Shown here: positions 16,890 through 20,117 of the stretch, piece by piece
How positions within the stretch are numbered: position 1 is the stretch's first letter
How the letters are laid out: each line of letters opens with the position of its first letter
From: a candidate division WOR-3 bacterium
GTDB lineage: Bacteria > Hydrothermota > Tepidihabitantia > Tepidihabitantales > Tepidihabitantaceae
Reading direction: 5' to 3'
Assembly: GCA_039801225.1 (NCBI GenBank)
Contig: JBDRUH010000024.1
Location: forward strand, 1-20,117
DNA: 20,117 nt
Translations under genes and position numbers: made by a program
The notes under the pieces: model-generated
Databases searched by the model: none
The model's input: only the letters and a program-made list of their open reading frames with translations
Told to the model about the DNA's origin: nothing

Positions 16890-18398
16890 CTATCTGGGGG
16901 TCAGGATTGCCAGAGGGACAATCATCTCTTCTAAAGAGATACCGCCGTGCTGGAAGGTATATTTGTAAGTTTTCTCATACTCTCGGGGTTTGGTCGGATA
17001 AATAAAGTAATAGTCTGACTTGGCGATAGCATACTTTACACCCGAATGTTCAACAGGTAAGAAAAAATCTTCAGGATGGTGGAGCAAAAGTGCCTCCCGT
17101 TCATCCACCCTTAGCGCCGCACCATGTTTATACCTTAAATTGGCAGAAATTTCCCGTGAACCGTAAATTACGGTTGGTCGATTCACCCGAATAAACCCAT
17201 GGTCAGAGGTAATCACCACCCGGCAGTCTCTTTTTATTAGTTCTTGCAGGAAATCAAAAATTGGTGATGTGGCAAACCAAAGACGCGTCGCTTCAACTAA
17301 GGCGGTGTCATTGGGAATGATTTCGTCCAGCAAACGATTGGAGTGAATGGAATGAATCAGAATATCAAGGAAGTTCACTACCAAAACCACTAAACGAACA
17401 TTGGGGTCAAGGAGGGCTGGTCGGGCGGCGGTGAATTCTTCACTTCGTGCTATTTTCAGGAATGAATGGCGTCCTTTAAAACCCATTCGGCGGAGAAGTT
17501 CACCAAGGAGTTCTAACTCAAAACGATTCTGTCCGGTTTCATCAAAAATCCACCAGCGGGGATAGCGGCGGTAAATCTCTAAGGGCAGAAGACCGCTGAG
17601 GATGGCGTTTCGGGAGTAGGGTGTGGCGGTGGGCAAGATTGAGTAGTAAGAACTGCTCTTTAAATCAAAGAAGTCTCGCAATAAAGGAGCGAGCGCCTGC
17701 CACTGGTCCTGCCGCATTGAGTCTAAAACCAAAAGATAGGTCTGTTTCTCTTCCCAGAGAGGTTTAACTACCCGTTCAATTAAGTGATGACTCAGCAACG
17801 GTCCATTTCCTCTTAGCCATTCTTGGTAGTTTTTTTCAACAAAGCGAGCAAACCGATTGTTTATCTCCCGGGAATGGTTTTCGGACACTTCTAAGAGTGA
17901 TTTTTCCCCGAATCGTGATAAAACTGTCCGCCAGGAAATAAATCTCCGGCAATAATCCATCCAATCTTCCGGGGTATTTAGTTCATGATCCCGGTTTAAC
18001 ATTGCCAGAAATTCTTGAGTAATTTGACCGGCAACCAGTTGCCTCTTTTCTAACAGGCGTTTTAGCACTGCCAGGAGTTGCGCTGGTGTAAAAGGTTTAA
18101 TGATGAAGTCGTCCACCAATTTTCCCAGCGCCTCATTGAGTAATGCTTCGTCGTCCGATTTTGTCACCATCGCCACTAAAACCTGAGGGTCTATTTCCTT
18201 AATCAGTTTCAACACCTCCAGCCCCTGCATACCGGTCATCATCTGGTCTAAAAGTATTAAATCAAAACTCTCTTTCTTCAAAAGGGCAAGTCCATCCGGT
18301 CCGTTGCTTGCGGTTTTGACCTTATACCCCTTTTTTTCTAATGAATAGATAAACGGCCGCAAGAGGTCAATCTCATCATCAATCCATAAGACTCTCAT
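16890..18398 (-). CDS. PorX-like response regulator: receiver plus PglZ/alkaline-phosphatase-superfamily domain
   Basis: LWIDDEIDLL, LLDQMM, MVTKS, IKP; PglZ motifs LDSMR.DQW, ILPTATPYSRNAI, FLDILIH, ITSDHG, FQHGGISLEEMIVP. ATG 18398 overlaps the kinase stop (TGATG). Confidence 0.9.
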   Translation of the reverse strand: MRVLWIDDEIDLLRPFIYSLEKKGYKVKTASNGPDGLALLKKESFDLILLDQMMTGMQGLEVLKLIKEIDPQVLVAMVTKSDDEALLNEALGKLVDDFIIKPFTPAQLLAVLKRLLEKRQLVAGQITQEFLAMLNRDHELNTPEDWMDYCRRFISWRTVLSRFGEKSLLEVSENHSREINNRFARFVEKNYQEWLRGNGPLLSHHLIERVVKPLWEEKQTYLLVLDSMRQDQWQALAPLLRDFFDLKSSSYYSILPTATPYSRNAILSGLLPLEIYRRYPRWWIFDETGQNRFELELLGELLRRMGFKGRHSFLKIARSEEFTAARPALLDPNVRLVVLVVNFLDILIHSIHSNRLLDEIIPNDTALVEATRLWFATSPIFDFLQELIKRDCRVVITSDHGFIRVNRPTVIYGSREISANLRYKHGAALRVDEREALLLHHPEDFFLPVEHSGVKYAIAKSDYYFIYPTKPREYEKTYKYTFQHGGISLEEMIVPLAILTPR

Positions 18399-19711
18399 CA
18401 ATCTCCTTTTACTACTGGTAAATATATTCCAAATACCGTTCTACCCGGGGAGGATTCCTTTAAAACCAGTTTTCCCTGGTGATAGTCTTCTATAATCCGC
18501 TTAGCCAGGGTTAAGCCTACTCCCCAGCCATAGCGCTTGGTCGTCACCCCGGGTTCAAAAAGTCGGTTAATTTTTACTCCCTCACCGGTGTCGGTTACTT
18601 CTATTTCAAGAAAACGACCGTCCGCTGTCAACGCCTGTCGCACCTGAACTGTGCCCACCTTTGCGCCAATTGCATCCACCCCATTTTTTATGAGATTTTC
18701 CAAAGCCCAGGAAAACAGCACTCCGTCAACCTTTACCGGCGGGTCGTCATTGACGAGCAATTTCAACTCCACTGTCTTTGGGGTGCGACGCCGAACAAAC
18801 TCCACTGAATGGGTGATGAGTGCACTTAGGTTGTGCACCTCAAGGTTGGGCGGCAGACCTATCCGGCTAAAACGATTGAGCACCTCCTTCATCCGCGAAA
18901 GATCCTCTTCCATCTCTCGGACAAGCTCATCCTTTCCCTCATCTTTGAGCATCTCCAGCCAGGCAGTAATTGAGGAGATGGGGGTTGCCAATTGATGAGC
19001 GGTCTCCTTTGCTAATGCGGTCCAGATGTGCTCCTGTTCGCGGCGCTTGTATGCCAAAATTCCCCATACTCCAACTGTTATAAACCCGAAGAAAAGCAAT
19101 AACTGAATGAAAGAAAATAATCGTAACTGCCGAACCGATTTTGTCAGGCTGGTGGTAATTTTCCTTAAAGTGATAGTTGAGGGCGAAACCCCATAATGAA
19201 TTACACTCAACAGGCGCAAAGAGTCACCTTCTTGCACCACAACCGGAATCGGCTCGTGCTCAATATCCAGTTCCCTTATCTTCTCAAATAACCAGTTTAC
19301 TTTTTGAGTATCACTCAAAAAAGTATCAGTTAGATTTCGGTATGTTACCGGGTTCCCTCTTGGGTCGGTAATGACAACCGGAAAGTCAATTTTCTGAATC
19401 ACCTCATCAAAAATTATATCCAGTTCTGGTGAACTTATTTCGCCAGGTTCGGTAATCCGACTCATAAATTTGGCGTAGATTCTGGTGCGAAGTTGTGTTT
19501 CCTCTTCCAACTTAGTGGCGAGAGTGGTGGTGTATTTTTTCCAAGTTTTGGAGATATGAAGAAGCAAAAACTGGGAATAGAAAAACCAGATCCCAGCGAG
19601 TCCAAGCAAACCGAGGACAAAATAAAATTGCAGTGCCCGCCGCCCAAACCCAGAACGATGGAACCTGGACACAGGACGAAAGAGGTTTTTATTTGTGTTA
19701 AGAAAGTCCAA
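18398..19711 (-). CDS. Membrane sensor histidine kinase (two TM helices), PorY-like family
   Basis: Two hydrophobic segments flank an extracytoplasmic region; WTALAKETAHQLATPISS, ENLIKNGVDA, DTGEG, TTKRYGWGVGL. The TTG start is uncertain. Confidence 0.88.
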   Translation of the reverse strand: MDFLNTNKNLFRPVSRFHRSGFGRRALQFYFVLGLLGLAGIWFFYSQFLLLHISKTWKKYTTTLATKLEEETQLRTRIYAKFMSRITEPGEISSPELDIIFDEVIQKIDFPVVITDPRGNPVTYRNLTDTFLSDTQKVNWLFEKIRELDIEHEPIPVVVQEGDSLRLLSVIHYGVSPSTITLRKITTSLTKSVRQLRLFSFIQLLLFFGFITVGVWGILAYKRREQEHIWTALAKETAHQLATPISSITAWLEMLKDEGKDELVREMEEDLSRMKEVLNRFSRIGLPPNLEVHNLSALITHSVEFVRRRTPKTVELKLLVNDDPPVKVDGVLFSWALENLIKNGVDAIGAKVGTVQVRQALTADGRFLEIEVTDTGEGVKINRLFEPGVTTKRYGWGVGLTLAKRIIEDYHQGKLVLKESSPGRTVFGIYLPVVKGD

Positions 19712-19730
19712 AAACTTTTATTTTCAGTTT

Positions 19731-19804
19731 AGTTTAACATATACCAGATAAAAGTCAATAATTTGACTTATACACTTGATGGAACTCTTTTTTACTATAT
19801 AGTA
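19731..19804. promoter_or_regulatory. Back-to-back divergent promoters with two palindromes
   Basis: Minus strand: TTGACT(19758-19753)-N16-TAAACT(19736-19731). Plus strand: TTGATG(19776-19781)-N16-TATAGT(19798-19803). Palindromes AAGTCAA-TAAT-TTGACTT (19752-19769) and TACTATATAGTA (19793-19804). Confidence 0.6.
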
Positions 19805-19886
19805 TTCTGCTGCTCAAGTTTAGCCAACTCGGGCAGATAAGTCCGGTAATATCTAAAGCGCCCCGAATCGGGCGAAAGGAGTATAT

Positions 19887-20117
19887 ATGAAGCGCAGTGT
19901 TTTAATGCTGTTGCTTGCTGCTCTGAGTGGGCTCCTCTGGGCGGCAAACGATGCGGCTGTTTTACCATCTCAGGGTGTTACCGCAGCACCCTTAACCTCA
20001 ACCTCTTCCTTTGCCATCACCATTCCCCAGATGCTTTCCTATCAGGGAAAACTGACCGACTCCTTGGGCAATTCAGTTCCTGACGGCAACTATCAGTTAA
20101 CCTTCCGGCTTTATACT
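19887..20117 (+). CDS. Secreted/surface protein, 5' part only (absent from the ORF track)
   Basis: SD AAAGGAG, then MKRSVLMLLLAALSGLLWA (signal peptide) ...IPQMLSYQGKLTDSLGNSVPDGNYQLTFRLYT; open to the window end. Confidence 0.85.
   Translation, partial: MKRSVLMLLLAALSGLLWAANDAAVLPSQGVTAAPLTSTSSFAITIPQMLSYQGKLTDSLGNSVPDGNYQLTFRLYT

Overview
A 20.1-kb, gene-dense bacterial chromosomal window. The PorX-like regulator, the Omp85 fusion protein and the secreted protein N-terminus suggest a diderm lineage related to the FCB group (e.g. WOR-3-like); this is inference only. Housekeeping genes: cstA, tRNA-Ala(UGC), truD, a half-size GDT1/UPF0016 gene, fabD, nadC, dprA, obgE, coaD, rsmD. Less ordinary items: (i) a 76-nt element with perfect 13-bp inverted ends lying exactly between the tRNA-Ala discriminator base and a downstream CCA, with an anti-Shine-Dalgarno-rich loop; (ii) a leaderless two-gene operon converging on that tRNA, encoding an ATP-dependent ligase adenylation domain with no OB domain plus a 162-aa partner; (iii) a soluble PAS-PAS histidine kinase coupled to a receiver whose only output is a ~600-aa repeat-built coiled coil, behind a structured 5' leader; (iv) a histidine kinase co-operonic with a PorX-like REC-PglZ protein; (v) a peptidase/beta-propeller/Omp85 fusion. 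All ten recognisable sigma70-like promoters have a 16-bp spacer, and four point to leaderless mRNAs. No CRISPR array, transposase or integrase is visible.
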